Below, piece by piece: positions 37,438-48,931 of a stretch of DNA of 64,000 bases. Each line of letters begins with the position of its first letter. Within the stretch, counting starts at the first letter, position 1. A program made the position numbers and the translations under genes. This DNA is from Sphingomonadales bacterium. GTDB lineage: Bacteria > Pseudomonadota > Alphaproteobacteria > Sphingomonadales > Sphingomonadaceae. The stretch is from positions 1,543 to 65,542 of the forward strand of contig JANMGR010000141.1 in NCBI GenBank assembly GCA_031374785.1, read 5' to 3'. The notes beneath the pieces are model-generated. The model did not search any database and had not been told where the DNA came from. It saw only the letters and a program-made list of their open reading frames with translations.

Positions 37438-38680
37438 AACGCAGCACCTGCACAGGGTCGGTTCCGGCGGCCTTGAACGCGGGATAGAGTGTCGCCAAAA
37501 AGCTGAAAAACAAAGCTAGACCGCAGATTGCCGCGACCTCGACCGGATCGGTCCGTGAAGGCAATTCTGTGAGGAAGCGTATCGAGGGGTCCCACAGATT
37601 TTGTCCGGTGACAAACTGGATTCCGCGGACAATGCCTTGGCGGAAAAACAGGAAGATAAACCCAAGAGCCACGCCTGTGCCGATCCCTGCAAGCCCAATC
37701 GACACACCCACCGTAACAAAAATCTTCAGTAAGGATTTCCGCGCGGCACCCATTGTCCGCAATATCGCAATGTCGCGCGTCTTGGCGCGCACCAGCATAA
37801 TCAGCGACGACAGGATGTTGAACACCGCGACCAAAACGATAATCGACAGCACGACAAACATCGCAATGCGTTCAATTTCCAGCGCCTCAAACAGCTGCGC
37901 ATTCATGCTGCGCCAATCGATAATCATCGCCTTATCTGACAGCTTAGTTTGCAGCGGACGCAGCGTTTCCGCGACGGTATCGGGATCGACAGTCTTCAAT
38001 TCGATCATGCCGATTTCATCACCCATCAGCATCAATAGCTGTGCGTCTTCGATGGGCATAATCACAAACGCTTCGTCATAATCGAACACGCCGACCTCGA
38101 AAATTGCGGCAATCTCATACGATATTTCGCGCGGCACAGTGCCGAACGGCGTGGTCTGCCCTGCCGGATTGATGATCGTAATACGACCGCCGACGCGCGC
38201 ACCAAGTTTTGCAGCCAACCGCGAACCAATGCCGATGCGTTCGGTTCCCGCGCGAAGCAGCGCCATATCGCCGTCAACGGTTTTGCCCTTCAATGTCGGG
38301 TTATCGAGGATATCACCGACCTGCATCCCGCGCACCAAAATCGCCTCGACGCGGCCATTGCTTGTGGCAAGCAAAGGCTGTTCGATCAAAGGCGACGCTT
38401 CAGTAATCCCCGGCGTTTTACGCACTTCAGCCAGAACATCGCGCCAATCGGCAAGGCGGCCATTATAGCCCTGCACCACAGCATGGCCGTTGAGCCCGAC
38501 AATTTTGTCGAACAGCTCCGCGCGAAAGCCGTTCATCACGCTCATCACGATAATCAGCGCGGCGACTCCAAGCGCGACCGCGACCAGACTGATCGTGGCG
38601 ACAAGGAAAATAAACCCTTCGCCCTTCCCCGGCAGCAAATAGCGCTTTGCCACCATACGTTCATAGCGATTGAGGATCAT
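37430..38680 (-). CDS. lipoprotein-releasing system permease LolC/E family
   Basis: FtsX-like permease with MacB-type periplasmic domain topology. ATG at 38680 ([15 protein letters not shown]); the ORF track extends to a TTG at 38698. Confidence 0.85.
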   Translation of the reverse strand: MILNRYERMVAKRYLLPGKGEGFIFLVATISLVAVALGVAALIIVMSVMNGFRAELFDKIVGLNGHAVVQGYNGRLADWRDVLAEVRKTPGITEASPLIEQPLLATSNGRVEAILVRGMQVGDILDNPTLKGKTVDGDMALLRAGTERIGIGSRLAAKLGARVGGRITIINPAGQTTPFGTVPREISYEIAAIFEVGVFDYDEAFVIMPIEDAQLLMLMGDEIGMIELKTVDPDTVAETLRPLQTKLSDKAMIIDWRSMNAQLFEALEIERIAMFVVLSIIVLVAVFNILSSLIMLVRAKTRDIAILRTMGAARKSLLKIFVTVGVSIGLAGIGTGVALGFIFLFFRQGIVRGIQFVTGQNLWDPSIRFLTELPSRTDPVEVAAICGLALFFSFLATLYPAFKAAGTDPVQVLRYE

Positions 38681-38987
38681 AATCGGGGAAGATTCCAATA
38701 GGTCATAGGCTTGACCCTCGCATTAGGCAGCACGCGATGCGCTGGCAAGCCAAGTTCGATGTTACAGATTTGTTGCATGACAGCCACAGTCCGCGAAAAA
38801 GCGTTGAAGTGCGGCGGCTATCATTTGCATTGCCGACACATTCGGGCAATTTGCAGCTTCTGCGCTGGCACATTCCGTTCAATGGCCATTGGTTCAGGGG
38901 GATAGGCCGGGTTGAAGCTGCCGCTATAGGCGCTCACCCGGCCTTAACATTTCAGCCTAAAAAATGTTCCTTGACTTGCTGCCCAAT

Positions 38988-39017
38988 CTTGACATTTGTT
39001 TTGCTAATCCCATTTTT
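38988..39017 (+). promoter_or_regulatory. sigma-32 (RpoH)-type promoter candidate
   Basis: CTTG-N17-CCCATTT (CTTGACATTTGTTTTGCTAATCCCATTTTT) lies ~100 nt upstream of hsp20. Compare the alphaproteobacterial CTTG-N17-18-CYTATNT and the E. coli CCCCATNT. Confidence 0.5.
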
Positions 39018-39087
39018 GGTGCTGGGTAGTCCGTTTGGCTGCTCAAATAAGCCGGAAGGCGCTGCGTATGCGGGCTTTCTATCAATC

Positions 39088-39116
39088 CAAATTGCTCAAA
39101 TGGAGAATTTGTTATG
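39088..39116 (+). promoter_or_regulatory. ROSE-like RNA thermometer hairpin sequestering the SD
   Basis: CAAATT(G)CTC pairs with GAGAATTTG, with a single bulged G (39094). A UUGCU motif sits opposite the SD GGAGA (39102-39106), and the ATG is at 39114. Confidence 0.5.
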
Positions 39117-39596
39117 AACCGTTTTGATTTCACACCCTATCGCCGCACCACTGTGGGTTTTGACCGTCTTTTCGATCTGCTCGAAAACGCCGGTCGCACC
39201 GCGCAGGGCGACAATTATCCTCCGTTCAATATCGAACGTATTGAGGAAAACAAATATTTGGTGACCGTCGCGGTTGCTGGGTTTAAGCCTGAAGAAATCG
39301 ACATTACCGCGCAGCAAAACCTGTTGATGGTAACAGGTGCGAAAGCAACGGAAGGCAATGACAACCGCGATTTCCTGCATCTCGGCATCGCCAACCGCAA
39401 TTTCGAGCGCCGGTTCCAGCTTGCTGACCATGTTTTTGTAAAGGACGCCGATATGGCGGACGGACTGCTGCTTATTACACTAGAGCGTCAGATCCCGGAC
39501 GAGTTGAAGCCGCGCAAAATCATGATCGGTGGCAATACGGGTCCGACTGTGATCGAGCATGATGCTGAAAAGAAAAAGAGCGGCAAGGCTGCTTAA
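39114..39596 (+). CDS. Hsp20/alpha-crystallin family small heat-shock protein
   Basis: IbpA-like N-terminus (MNRFDFTPYRRTTVGFDRLFDLLE), NYPPFNIE and an alpha-crystallin core (AVAGFKPEEIDI). Confidence 0.9.
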   Translation: MNRFDFTPYRRTTVGFDRLFDLLENAGRTAQGDNYPPFNIERIEENKYLVTVAVAGFKPEEIDITAQQNLLMVTGAKATEGNDNRDFLHLGIANRNFERRFQLADHVFVKDADMADGLLLITLERQIPDELKPRKIMIGGNTGPTVIEHDAEKKKSGKAA

Positions 39597-39606
39597 GTGC
39601 CACTTT

Positions 39607-39774
39607 CCTCTCCAGTGGGAGAGGATACGAAGCCTTACCGCCGTAGCCTTGGCGAAGGTGGTTAGGCGCAGTTGGTGAGGGGTTGTGGGTTCTCGATGGG
39701 GCACAACCCCTCACCCAGCCTCGACTAATTCGCTGCGCTCATAAGTCTGCACAACCCTCTCCCACTGGAGAGGG
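39607..39774. repeat. MITE/REP-like nested-hairpin repeat, copy B
   Basis: Same termini and central stem (39674-39687 / 39702-39715) as copy A. It lies between the convergent hsp20 and pyrG stops. Confidence 0.85.
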
Positions 39775-39783
39775 GCACACCAC

Positions 39784-41430
<1,647 letters not shown>

Positions 41431-41509
41431 CTAAGCTACCTTTACCGGATTCGGCAAGGGGCAGAATCCGGTTTGCACAGATTTATTTTGGGGCGAACCC
41501 CCGCCGGAC

Positions 41510-41890
41510 TTATTTGTCGAGCGGAACTGCTGGTGCTTTTGTCGCGGGCGCAGCTGGCTTATCCGCCGCTGGAGTAGTTCCAGCAGGCGGCGCAATTACG
41601 GGGGCGACGCCAGACGAAGCCGGTGTCGTCGTTTTCAGCGTTTCGTTAATCGCTGTAGGGCCACCTTCACGCGCCGCAACAAAGGCGAGCGTAATCGACA
41701 GCAGGACAAATGCCGATGCCAAAATAGCGGTTGTGCGCGTCAAAAAGTCAGCCGCACCGCGTGCCGACATCAATCCGGCAGGGCTACCGCCGCCCAGACC
41801 GCCGCCTTCGGACCGCTGCATCAAAATGACGCCGACCAAGGATGCGGCGATGATTCCCTGAACGACGATCAGGAAGTGAAAAAGACCCAT
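41510..41890 (-). CDS. secG: preprotein translocase subunit SecG
   Basis: Two TM segments with LMQRSEGGGLGG between them, and an Ala/Pro-rich tail. ATG at 41890 (TTG alternative at 41899). Confidence 0.82.
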   Translation of the reverse strand: MGLFHFLIVVQGIIAASLVGVILMQRSEGGGLGGGSPAGLMSARGAADFLTRTTAILASAFVLLSITLAFVAAREGGPTAINETLKTTTPASSGVAPVIAPPAGTTPAADKPAAPATKAPAVPLDK

Positions 41891-41977
41891 GAGTTGCAAA
41901 CCTGTGCTGAATTACGAAATGGCGTTTCCGCCTGTCGTGGTCCACATAAGGATGCAAACGGCAAAGTTCAATTACAA

Positions 41978-42718
41978 TCAAGCGGCGGAAGCAGCAGCCA
42001 CGATTGGCAGGAATTTTTCGGCGCTGAGGCTCGCGCCACCAATTAACCCGCCATCGACATTGGGGATGGCCAGCAGGCCCGCTGCATTGTCGCCATTCAT
42101 CGATCCGCCATAGAGGATATGGACGTCCTTGCCAGACTCGCCGAACCGCGCGGACAATGCAGTGCGAATGGCAAGGTGCATGGCTGCGACATCATCGGTG
42201 GAGGGAATCCGGCCCGTTCCGATTGCCCATACCGGCTCATAGGCCAGCGAGAGCCAATCCCCTTTAGCTTCATCGGGCAATGACGCGGCAAGTTGCCCCA
42301 GCACAATATGTTCAGCATCGCCTGCATCGCGTTCCGCCTCGGTTTCGCCAATACAGACGATGACGCTCAATCCGGCGGCTTTTGCAGCAAGCGATTTTGC
42401 GCGGATATCCGCGTCACTTTCAAATTGCGCAGCGCGGCGTTCGCTATGGCCGACGATAACGACGCTAGCGCCTGCTTCTTTCAGCATAGCTGCCGACACA
42501 CAGCCCGTATGAGCGCCAGAAACCGCCGAATGGCAATCCTGCGCGCCTATGGCATAATCGGGAAGAGCGCAGGCCGCAGGTGCAATCAACGTTGCGGGCA
42601 AACACAATGCAGTATCGACCGTAGGATATTCGGCAACCGCCGCTGCAATAGCCTTTACTGCAGCAACATCGGCAAACTGCCCGTTCATTTTCCAATTACC
42701 GGCGATGAATTTTTGCAT
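41978..42718 (-). CDS. tpiA: triosephosphate isomerase
   Basis: AGNWKMNG, GHSERR, AYEPVWAIGTG and GGS motifs are present. Confidence 0.93.
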   Translation of the reverse strand: MQKFIAGNWKMNGQFADVAAVKAIAAAVAEYPTVDTALCLPATLIAPAACALPDYAIGAQDCHSAVSGAHTGCVSAAMLKEAGASVVIVGHSERRAAQFESDADIRAKSLAAKAAGLSVIVCIGETEAERDAGDAEHIVLGQLAASLPDEAKGDWLSLAYEPVWAIGTGRIPSTDDVAAMHLAIRTALSARFGESGKDVHILYGGSMNGDNAAGLLAIPNVDGGLIGGASLSAEKFLPIVAAASAA

Positions 42719-42780
42719 AATGGCTCCGCGCGTTTGTTCGCAGGCCCGCTAGCAAATTCGTAGGGGAATGCCAAACGCCG

Positions 42781-44154
42781 TCAGGTCACCGTCGCGTTTT
42801 TGGGGTGCAGCGTCTCCAATTCGCCGCTCTCGCGCGCCTTTCGACCATAGACCAGCTCAAACAACGGCCCTGCCATCATCGTTGTTACAATCGCCATCAA
42901 TACCATCATCGAAAACAATGTTGGCTCGATAATCCCCTTTTGCAGGCCGATGTTGATGATGATGAGTTCCATCAAGCCGCGCGAGTTCATAAGCGCACCG
43001 ATACCCAATGCGGTGCGGTTATCCTCACCCGAAATCCGAGCCGCAGCCCAGCATGCGCCGAATTTAGCGAGAATCGACACAGCCAATATCCCCATAGCAA
43101 TCAGCAGCAATGGCAGCGTGTTGACCATATCCATCCGCGTGTTCAGGCCCGAATAGGTAAAGAACATCGGCAATAGCAGCACGACTGCCAGCGGCTCCAC
43201 TTTGCGCTTTAGTTCTTCCGCAAACAATCCGCGCGGCATCACTGTGCCAAGAATAAAGCCGCCAAAGATTGCGTGGATGCCCACAGCATCCATGATGAAT
43301 GCCGATGTGCAGAATAACGCGAGCGTAATCCCCAGCACTGTGCTGCTCATTTCGCCTTCGCGTTCGACCATGCGACCAAGCGGGGCGAGCAAGCGCTTGC
43401 CAAAGATCATAATGAACAATGCATAAGCAAGCCCGCCACCGATGGCGAGCACAGCAATTCCGGGGCCTGCCCCGAATGTCGCAAGCACAACCGCAAGCAC
43501 GCACCAGGACACTGCGTCGTCAAATGCGCCAGCGGTCAGCGACAACGTCCCCAGCGAACTATTCGCCAGACCGCGCTCGTTGATGATCCGGGCAAGCATG
43601 GGAAACGCCGTGAGTGCAATGCAAGCGCCCATAAAGAGCGTTGCATTCGCGGTTGAAATTCCATCGGCAAACAAACCCGGGATTGACAACAAGGCAGGCG
43701 TAATCGCAACCGCCATCAAAAATGGCACGATAATCCCAGCGGCGGAAACCGCGACGGCGCTTTTCGCTTTCGATTGAAAATGATCGAGCCGCAATGTCGT
43801 GCCGACCAGAAACATATAAAGCCCGACACCCAATTGCGCCCCCGAATAAAGCACATTTTTGGTCGCCTGCGGGAAAATTGCCGATTGGATATCGGGCAGC
43901 AACAGACCGAATAACGATGGCCCCAGCACTACGCCCGCTATCATTTCCCCAACAACTTGCGGCTGCCCCAGAAACTTACGCCCGAACCAGCCAACGATGC
44001 GGCAAGTAATCAGTATCAGGGTGAGTTGCAGGAAAAAATGGACGCTGAAATCGGTCGGCGTGTAGCTGTTGGCCATTGCCTCCACTGCAGGGCCGTTGGG
44101 GGACAAAACCTTGCCGATTGCCTCTAATGCTTGCTCGCCCCAATTTGCCGCCAT
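42781..44154 (-). CDS. cation:proton antiporter (CPA2/Kef-type membrane domain)
   Basis: Polytopic membrane ORF with GQPQVVGEMIAGVVLGPS, typical of Na+/H+-exchanger family proteins. The start is set at an internal Met and is uncertain. Confidence 0.78.
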   Translation of the reverse strand: MAANWGEQALEAIGKVLSPNGPAVEAMANSYTPTDFSVHFFLQLTLILITCRIVGWFGRKFLGQPQVVGEMIAGVVLGPSLFGLLLPDIQSAIFPQATKNVLYSGAQLGVGLYMFLVGTTLRLDHFQSKAKSAVAVSAAGIIVPFLMAVAITPALLSIPGLFADGISTANATLFMGACIALTAFPMLARIINERGLANSSLGTLSLTAGAFDDAVSWCVLAVVLATFGAGPGIAVLAIGGGLAYALFIMIFGKRLLAPLGRMVEREGEMSSTVLGITLALFCTSAFIMDAVGIHAIFGGFILGTVMPRGLFAEELKRKVEPLAVVLLLPMFFTYSGLNTRMDMVNTLPLLLIAMGILAVSILAKFGACWAAARISGEDNRTALGIGALMNSRGLMELIIINIGLQKGIIEPTLFSMMVLMAIVTTMMAGPLFELVYGRKARESGELETLHPKNATVT

Positions 44155-44321
44155 ACGTAACGCTCCCTTTGACGCGGCGCTATATAGGGAGCGGCAAATA
44201 CGCAAGCCGTGCAGCAACAAACATTCGTATGTCTGATTGAATGTCACAAATTATCGTGTTCGCTTGAAAGCTTGCGGCTTGCCGCGTAAAGGCTGGCAAA
44301 CCTAACTATACCGGACCAAAC

Positions 44322-46268
44322 ATGATCACTTTTTTCCGCAGGCTTTTCAATTCGCGCATCGGTGCAATTTTTGCTCTGATTTTTGTCGTTATGATCGGCC
44401 TAGCCTTTGCATTGGGTGACGTCACCGGCTCGGGCAGTTTTGGCGGCCTTGGTCAGGGCTATGCAGCGCAGGTTGGCAATCAAAAGATCGGCCTTGGCGA
44501 GTTGCAAGATTCGGTTGAAAACCGACTGCGCGCTGAACAGAAACAAAATCCAACGCTAGATCGCGCACGCTTTGTCGATAGTGGCGGTTTGGACAGCACG
44601 CTAGAGCAGCTGGTCAACCGCTATGCGCTGGCGATGTTTGGCGAGGAATATGGAGTGGCGGTTAGCGAGAAAATGGTCAATCAGGAAATCCTGAAAATTC
44701 CTGGCGCGGTCGGCACAGACGGTAAGTTTAATCAGGCGGCGTTTGCGTCATTCTTGCAAAACCTGAACTTAACCGAAAAAATGGTGCGCGATGATTTCCG
44801 CCAGAATTTCTATGCAAGGCAGTTGCTGTCGACGGCAGCTCCCGGCGCGAAGGCGCCGGCAGGTATGGCGCTTCCTTACGCCTCGCTTGATCTGGAAAAG
44901 CGAGCGGGCGAAGTCGCGGTAATTTCTGCATCGGCATTTATTCCGGCGAACCCACCATCCGATGCGGTGCTCAACCAATATTACCGCGCCAATTCGGTGC
45001 GCTACACAGTCCCAGAAAAGCGCACGATTTCTTATGCGATCTTTGACGCAAGCGTCGTCGATGCAAAAGCAACGCCGTCGGCTGAAGAGATTGCAGCCTA
45101 TTACAAAGAAAATGCTTCTAAATATGCAGCGACACAGGCGCGCGATTTTGCGCAGCTGGTGTTCCCAACACAGGCGGCGGCAAAGGCAGCTTCCGACAAA
45201 ATCACGGGTGGCAAGTCCATCCAAGCAGTCGCACAGGAACTAGGCTTGAGCGCGACAAATACCAGCGGCATCACCCGCGAAGCATTGACCAAAAGCGCCT
45301 CTAAAGCCGTTGCCGATGCGGTTTTTGCCACTGCGCAAGGCAGCGTATCAGCGCCAGCGCGCGGACAGCTTGGCTATTATGTCGTCAGCGTTTCGGCTAT
45401 CAAAAACATTACGGCTCGGCCGCTGGCAACCGTCAGCGCCGAAATCTCGACCGAACTAAAAGAGCAGAAGAAAGTCGAATTGCTAGGCGACCTGACCGCA
45501 GAGATTGAAAATGCGTTTGAAGATGGTTCGACATTGGCCGATATTGCCAAGGAGCAAGGGCTGAAGATCGAAACCACACCCAAGCTACTCGCCAATGGGC
45601 AGAACCCGGCCAATCCCGGTTACAAGCCCGTTGCAGAAATGGCGCAGATAATTCCGAACGCGTTCCAGATGGACACTGACGGCACTGCACAGTTGATTGA
45701 AGTCGAAGAAGGCAAGCGTTTCGCGTTGGTCTCGGTCGCCGATTTTGATGAAGCCGCTCCCGCGCCGCTTGCCGAGATCAAGAACATCGTGATGCAGCAA
45801 TGGGCGATGTCCGAAGGTAATAAGAAAGCCAAGACGGTTGCAGAGGCTGTTCGCAAAGCTGTGCTGGGCGGCCAAAGCCTGAGCGCTGCGTTGACTGCCG
45901 CTGGAGCGATCGGCGCGAAGATCGAGACGATCTCAAGCACACGCGGCGACTTGAATAAAGCCGCGCAACAAGGTCAAGTCCCACCGCCACTGTCGTTGAT
46001 GTTCGCTATGAAAAAAGGCACCGCCAAATCGATACAGGCGCCGAATGATCGCGGTTGGTTCGTCGTGCATCTGAACGACGTCATTCGCGGTGACGCCAGC
46101 ACCGATGTTGAGCGCGTCGAGGCCAATCGTAAAGAATTGCAGACTTTATTGTCGCAGGAATATGCCGCGCAATTGATTTTGGCTTCCAAAAAGGAAATGG
46201 GCGTCGAGCTGAACAAAGGCACAATCAAGACTTTGCGCGACAGCCTGACTGGCAAAAGCCAGCAATAG
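44322..46268 (+). CDS. periplasmic chaperone/peptidyl-prolyl isomerase PpiD-like (SurA N-domain protein)
   Basis: N-terminal TM anchor (IGAIFALIFVVMIGLAFAL) and a long SurA-like helical region with a parvulin-like core. Position upstream of trpE. Confidence 0.75.
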   Translation: MITFFRRLFNSRIGAIFALIFVVMIGLAFALGDVTGSGSFGGLGQGYAAQVGNQKIGLGELQDSVENRLRAEQKQNPTLDRARFVDSGGLDSTLEQLVNRYALAMFGEEYGVAVSEKMVNQEILKIPGAVGTDGKFNQAAFASFLQNLNLTEKMVRDDFRQNFYARQLLSTAAPGAKAPAGMALPYASLDLEKRAGEVAVISASAFIPANPPSDAVLNQYYRANSVRYTVPEKRTISYAIFDASVVDAKATPSAEEIAAYYKENASKYAATQARDFAQLVFPTQAAAKAASDKITGGKSIQAVAQELGLSATNTSGITREALTKSASKAVADAVFATAQGSVSAPARGQLGYYVVSVSAIKNITARPLATVSAEISTELKEQKKVELLGDLTAEIENAFEDGSTLADIAKEQGLKIETTPKLLANGQNPANPGYKPVAEMAQIIPNAFQMDTDGTAQLIEVEEGKRFALVSVADFDEAAPAPLAEIKNIVMQQWAMSEGNKKAKTVAEAVRKAVLGGQSLSAALTAAGAIGAKIETISSTRGDLNKAAQQGQVPPPLSLMFAMKKGTAKSIQAPNDRGWFVVHLNDVIRGDASTDVERVEANRKELQTLLSQEYAAQLILASKKEMGVELNKGTIKTLRDSLTGKSQQ

Positions 46269-46278
46269 ACGGACCGTA

Positions 46279-47796
46279 ATGGATGAACACGTTGCCCCGA
46301 ATGATGCGGTTGCGCGCAGCCAGTTGGACGCGGGCAAAGCAGCGCTTGTCTGGCGCGAACTGATTGCTGACACCGAAACGCCGGTATCTGCAGCGCTGAA
46401 GCTGTTTGAGGCGGGACGCGGCGATTTTATATTGGAATCGGTTGAAGGCGGCGCGGTGCGCGGTCGGTATAGCTTGATTGGGCTTGCCCCCGATTTGATT
46501 TTCCGCGCAGACGGCAATGCCGCAGAGATTAACGCGCTATGGCAGACTAATCGCAATGCTTTTGTAGCGACCGGAGAGGACGCGTTGGTTTCATTACGCA
46601 AGCTGGTTGACGGCTGCCGGATCGATATGCCAGCGGGCTTGCCGCCTGCCTTTGCCTGTCTGGTAGGGCATTTTGGGTATGAGACGATTGGTCTTGTCGA
46701 AAAACTCCCGCGTCCTGCGGCCAATCCCATTGATGTGCCCGACATGATGTTTGTGCGGCCAACGGTGGTGCTGGTATTTGATCGCTTGGCGGACCGGCTC
46801 TATATTGCAGCGCCGTTGTGGCCAGAGGGTGGCGACGCCGTTCAACAAATTGCCGCCGGTTATGATCGGATTGATGCAACTGCGGCAAAGTTGGTGCAGC
46901 CGGTTCCAGCCGTGCGAGCTCAGGCCGAACTCGCAGCCTTGCCCGACCCAGTGCCTGCGCTTGCACCTGATCGCTACCGACACATGGTTCTGAAAGCCAA
47001 AGAGTATATCGCCGCCGGTGACATATTCCAGGTTGTATTGGCGCAGCGCTTCACTCTTCCCTTCATCCTCCCTCCGGTTGATCTTTACCGTGCACTACGC
47101 CGGATCAATCCGTCACCGTTTCTCTATTTCCTCGACATGCCGGGCTTTGCGCTGATCGGATCGAGCCCCGAAATTCTGGTCCGGCTCCGCGATGGCGAAG
47201 TCACCATCCGCCCCATTGCTGGCACCCGCCCGCGCGGCAAAACTGCGTTGGAGGATGCCGAAAACCGCGCATCCTTACTTGCCGATCCCAAAGAGCGCGC
47301 CGAGCATTTAATGCTGCTCGACCTTGGCCGTAATGATGTCGGCCGCGTGACCGAGGGCGGCAGCGTGACCGTCACCGACAGCTATATGGTCGAATTCTAC
47401 AGCCATGTGATGCACATCGTCTCAAACGTGGTGGGGCGGCTGGCCAAAGGTAAAGACGCGCTCGACGCATTATTCGCAGGCTTTCCCGCTGGCACAGTAT
47501 CGGGCGCACCGAAAGTCCGCGCCTGCGAGATCATCGCCGAACTCGAACCCGAAACGCGCGGGGCCTATGCAGGCGGCGTCGGATATTTCTCGCCCGACGG
47601 GAACATGGACAGCTGCATTGTGTTGCGCACCGGCATCGTCAAAGACGGCATACTGCATGTGCAGGCAGGCGCAGGCATCGTCGCCGACAGCGACCCCGAA
47701 TATGAGCAACGCGAATGTGAGGCGAAGGCCGGCGCGTTGATCGCAGCGGCGCGCGAAGCAGTGCGGGTTGCTGGCGAAGCGAGGTTTGGACAATGA
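46279..47796 (+). CDS. trpE: anthranilate synthase component I
   Basis: 505 aa with chorismate-binding enzyme motifs (LESVEGG, GTVSGAPKVRA, GGVGYF). Confidence 0.95.
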   Translation: MDEHVAPNDAVARSQLDAGKAALVWRELIADTETPVSAALKLFEAGRGDFILESVEGGAVRGRYSLIGLAPDLIFRADGNAAEINALWQTNRNAFVATGEDALVSLRKLVDGCRIDMPAGLPPAFACLVGHFGYETIGLVEKLPRPAANPIDVPDMMFVRPTVVLVFDRLADRLYIAAPLWPEGGDAVQQIAAGYDRIDATAAKLVQPVPAVRAQAELAALPDPVPALAPDRYRHMVLKAKEYIAAGDIFQVVLAQRFTLPFILPPVDLYRALRRINPSPFLYFLDMPGFALIGSSPEILVRLRDGEVTIRPIAGTRPRGKTALEDAENRASLLADPKERAEHLMLLDLGRNDVGRVTEGGSVTVTDSYMVEFYSHVMHIVSNVVGRLAKGKDALDALFAGFPAGTVSGAPKVRACEIIAELEPETRGAYAGGVGYFSPDGNMDSCIVLRTGIVKDGILHVQAGAGIVADSDPEYEQRECEAKAGALIAAAREAVRVAGEARFGQ

Positions 47797-48335
47797 CACA
47801 CAAATTTTCGTTTATGGTTACACAGAACATGTATCTCGAGGCAAATAGACTAAATTACTGGCTTCGTCTCAAGAGTTCGAAATCCTTCAAAATATTGATG
47901 TCGACGATCATAGCGGCCTTGATCATATCATTGGCATGCAGGTTTATTTTTGCAGATCAGCCGAGCATGAAATCAACATCCGAAACCATTTTAGCCATAT
48001 TAGCATTCTGGGTAGTAGGGATATTCATCCTAGGCTACATTTCATATCTCATGCTTCCGCGCCTAACCAAAAAACTGTTTGATCAACAAAAGCTGTTTCG
48101 AGAATTTCAAAACTATGAAGCGACCCACGAGTCATTCAACATGACAAGCGCCTATAGCGACACTCGGCTGCCCTATCACATGGCATTCAAATGGGCGGAA
48201 AATGACAAAGTCTTTTTGATCTATCATTCCGTTATGACATTCAATGTCATTTCGAAGGAGGCGGCTGACCAGCCTGCAGTCGATTATCTACGAAGCAAGC
48301 TTCAAGATGCCGGAATAAAAGGTTTTTCGCTGTGA
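47793..48335 (+). CDS. YcxB-like membrane protein (hypothetical)
   Basis: 180 aa with two central TM helices flanked by soluble segments (YcxB-like layout). ATGA overlap with trpE and GTGA overlap with trpG. Markedly A+T-rich. Confidence 0.6.
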   Translation: MTHKFSFMVTQNMYLEANRLNYWLRLKSSKSFKILMSTIIAALIISLACRFIFADQPSMKSTSETILAILAFWVVGIFILGYISYLMLPRLTKKLFDQQKLFREFQNYEATHESFNMTSAYSDTRLPYHMAFKWAENDKVFLIYHSVMTFNVISKEAADQPAVDYLRSKLQDAGIKGFSL

Positions 48336-48931
48336 CTGATCGCAACAAAATCCTCGTCATCGACAATTACGACAGCTTCACTTGGAACCTAGTCCATTAC
48401 CTAATGGAACTGGGGGCCGAAGTTGACGTTGTACGCAACGACGCGATCTCCGTTGAGCAAGCAATGTCCAGCGGCGCGCAGGCGTTTCTGATTTCGCCTG
48501 GTCCGTGCACCCCCAATGAGGCGGGGATCAGTCTGGAATTGGTTGCGGCTTGTGCCGAGGCCAACAAACCGCTGCTCGGCGTGTGTCTTGGTCATCAAAC
48601 CATAGGGCAACACTTCGGCGGGAAAGTGGTGCGCGGTGGGTTAATGCATGGCAAGACGTCGCCGGTCAGTCATGATGGCAGCGGGCTGTTCGCAGGGCTC
48701 CCCTCGCCGTTCACAGCCACACGCTATCACTCGTTGATCGTCGAGGATGTTCCCGCAGACCTGATCGTCAATGCGACGTCCGATGACGGGCATGTCATGG
48801 CATTCCGACACACAGAACTTCCGATCCACAGCGTGCAATTCCATCCCGAAAGCATCGCCACCGAACACGGACATGCGATGCTGGCAAACTTTATGCGCGC
48901 GGCGGGTATGCCGACGAAAGAACGTGGGTGA
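48332..48931 (+). CDS. trpG: anthranilate synthase component II (glutamine amidotransferase)
   Basis: [18 protein letters not shown] and FHPES triad motifs are present. GTG start. Confidence 0.93.
   Translation: MTDRNKILVIDNYDSFTWNLVHYLMELGAEVDVVRNDAISVEQAMSSGAQAFLISPGPCTPNEAGISLELVAACAEANKPLLGVCLGHQTIGQHFGGKVVRGGLMHGKTSPVSHDGSGLFAGLPSPFTATRYHSLIVEDVPADLIVNATSDDGHVMAFRHTELPIHSVQFHPESIATEHGHAMLANFMRAAGMPTKERG

Noticed and set aside
38880-38891. Perfect 12-bp palindrome CAATGGCCATTG
   Set aside because: Roughly 64000/4096, or about 15, such 12-bp palindromes are expected by chance in a window this size. There is no second copy and no positional argument.
38711-39117. Two overlapping ORFs (64 aa and 126 aa) in the 415-bp lolC-hsp20 intergenic region
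   Set aside because: Neither has a convincing SD or a recognisable sequence. The longer one runs through the predicted heat-shock promoter and the ROSE-like leader and ends at the hsp20 start. The region is better explained as promoter plus 5' UTR. A small RNA or small protein cannot be excluded without expression data.
46269-46278. Trp leader peptide or attenuator upstream of trpE
   Set aside because: Only 10 nt separate the ppiD-like stop from the trpE ATG, which leaves no room for a leader or terminator.
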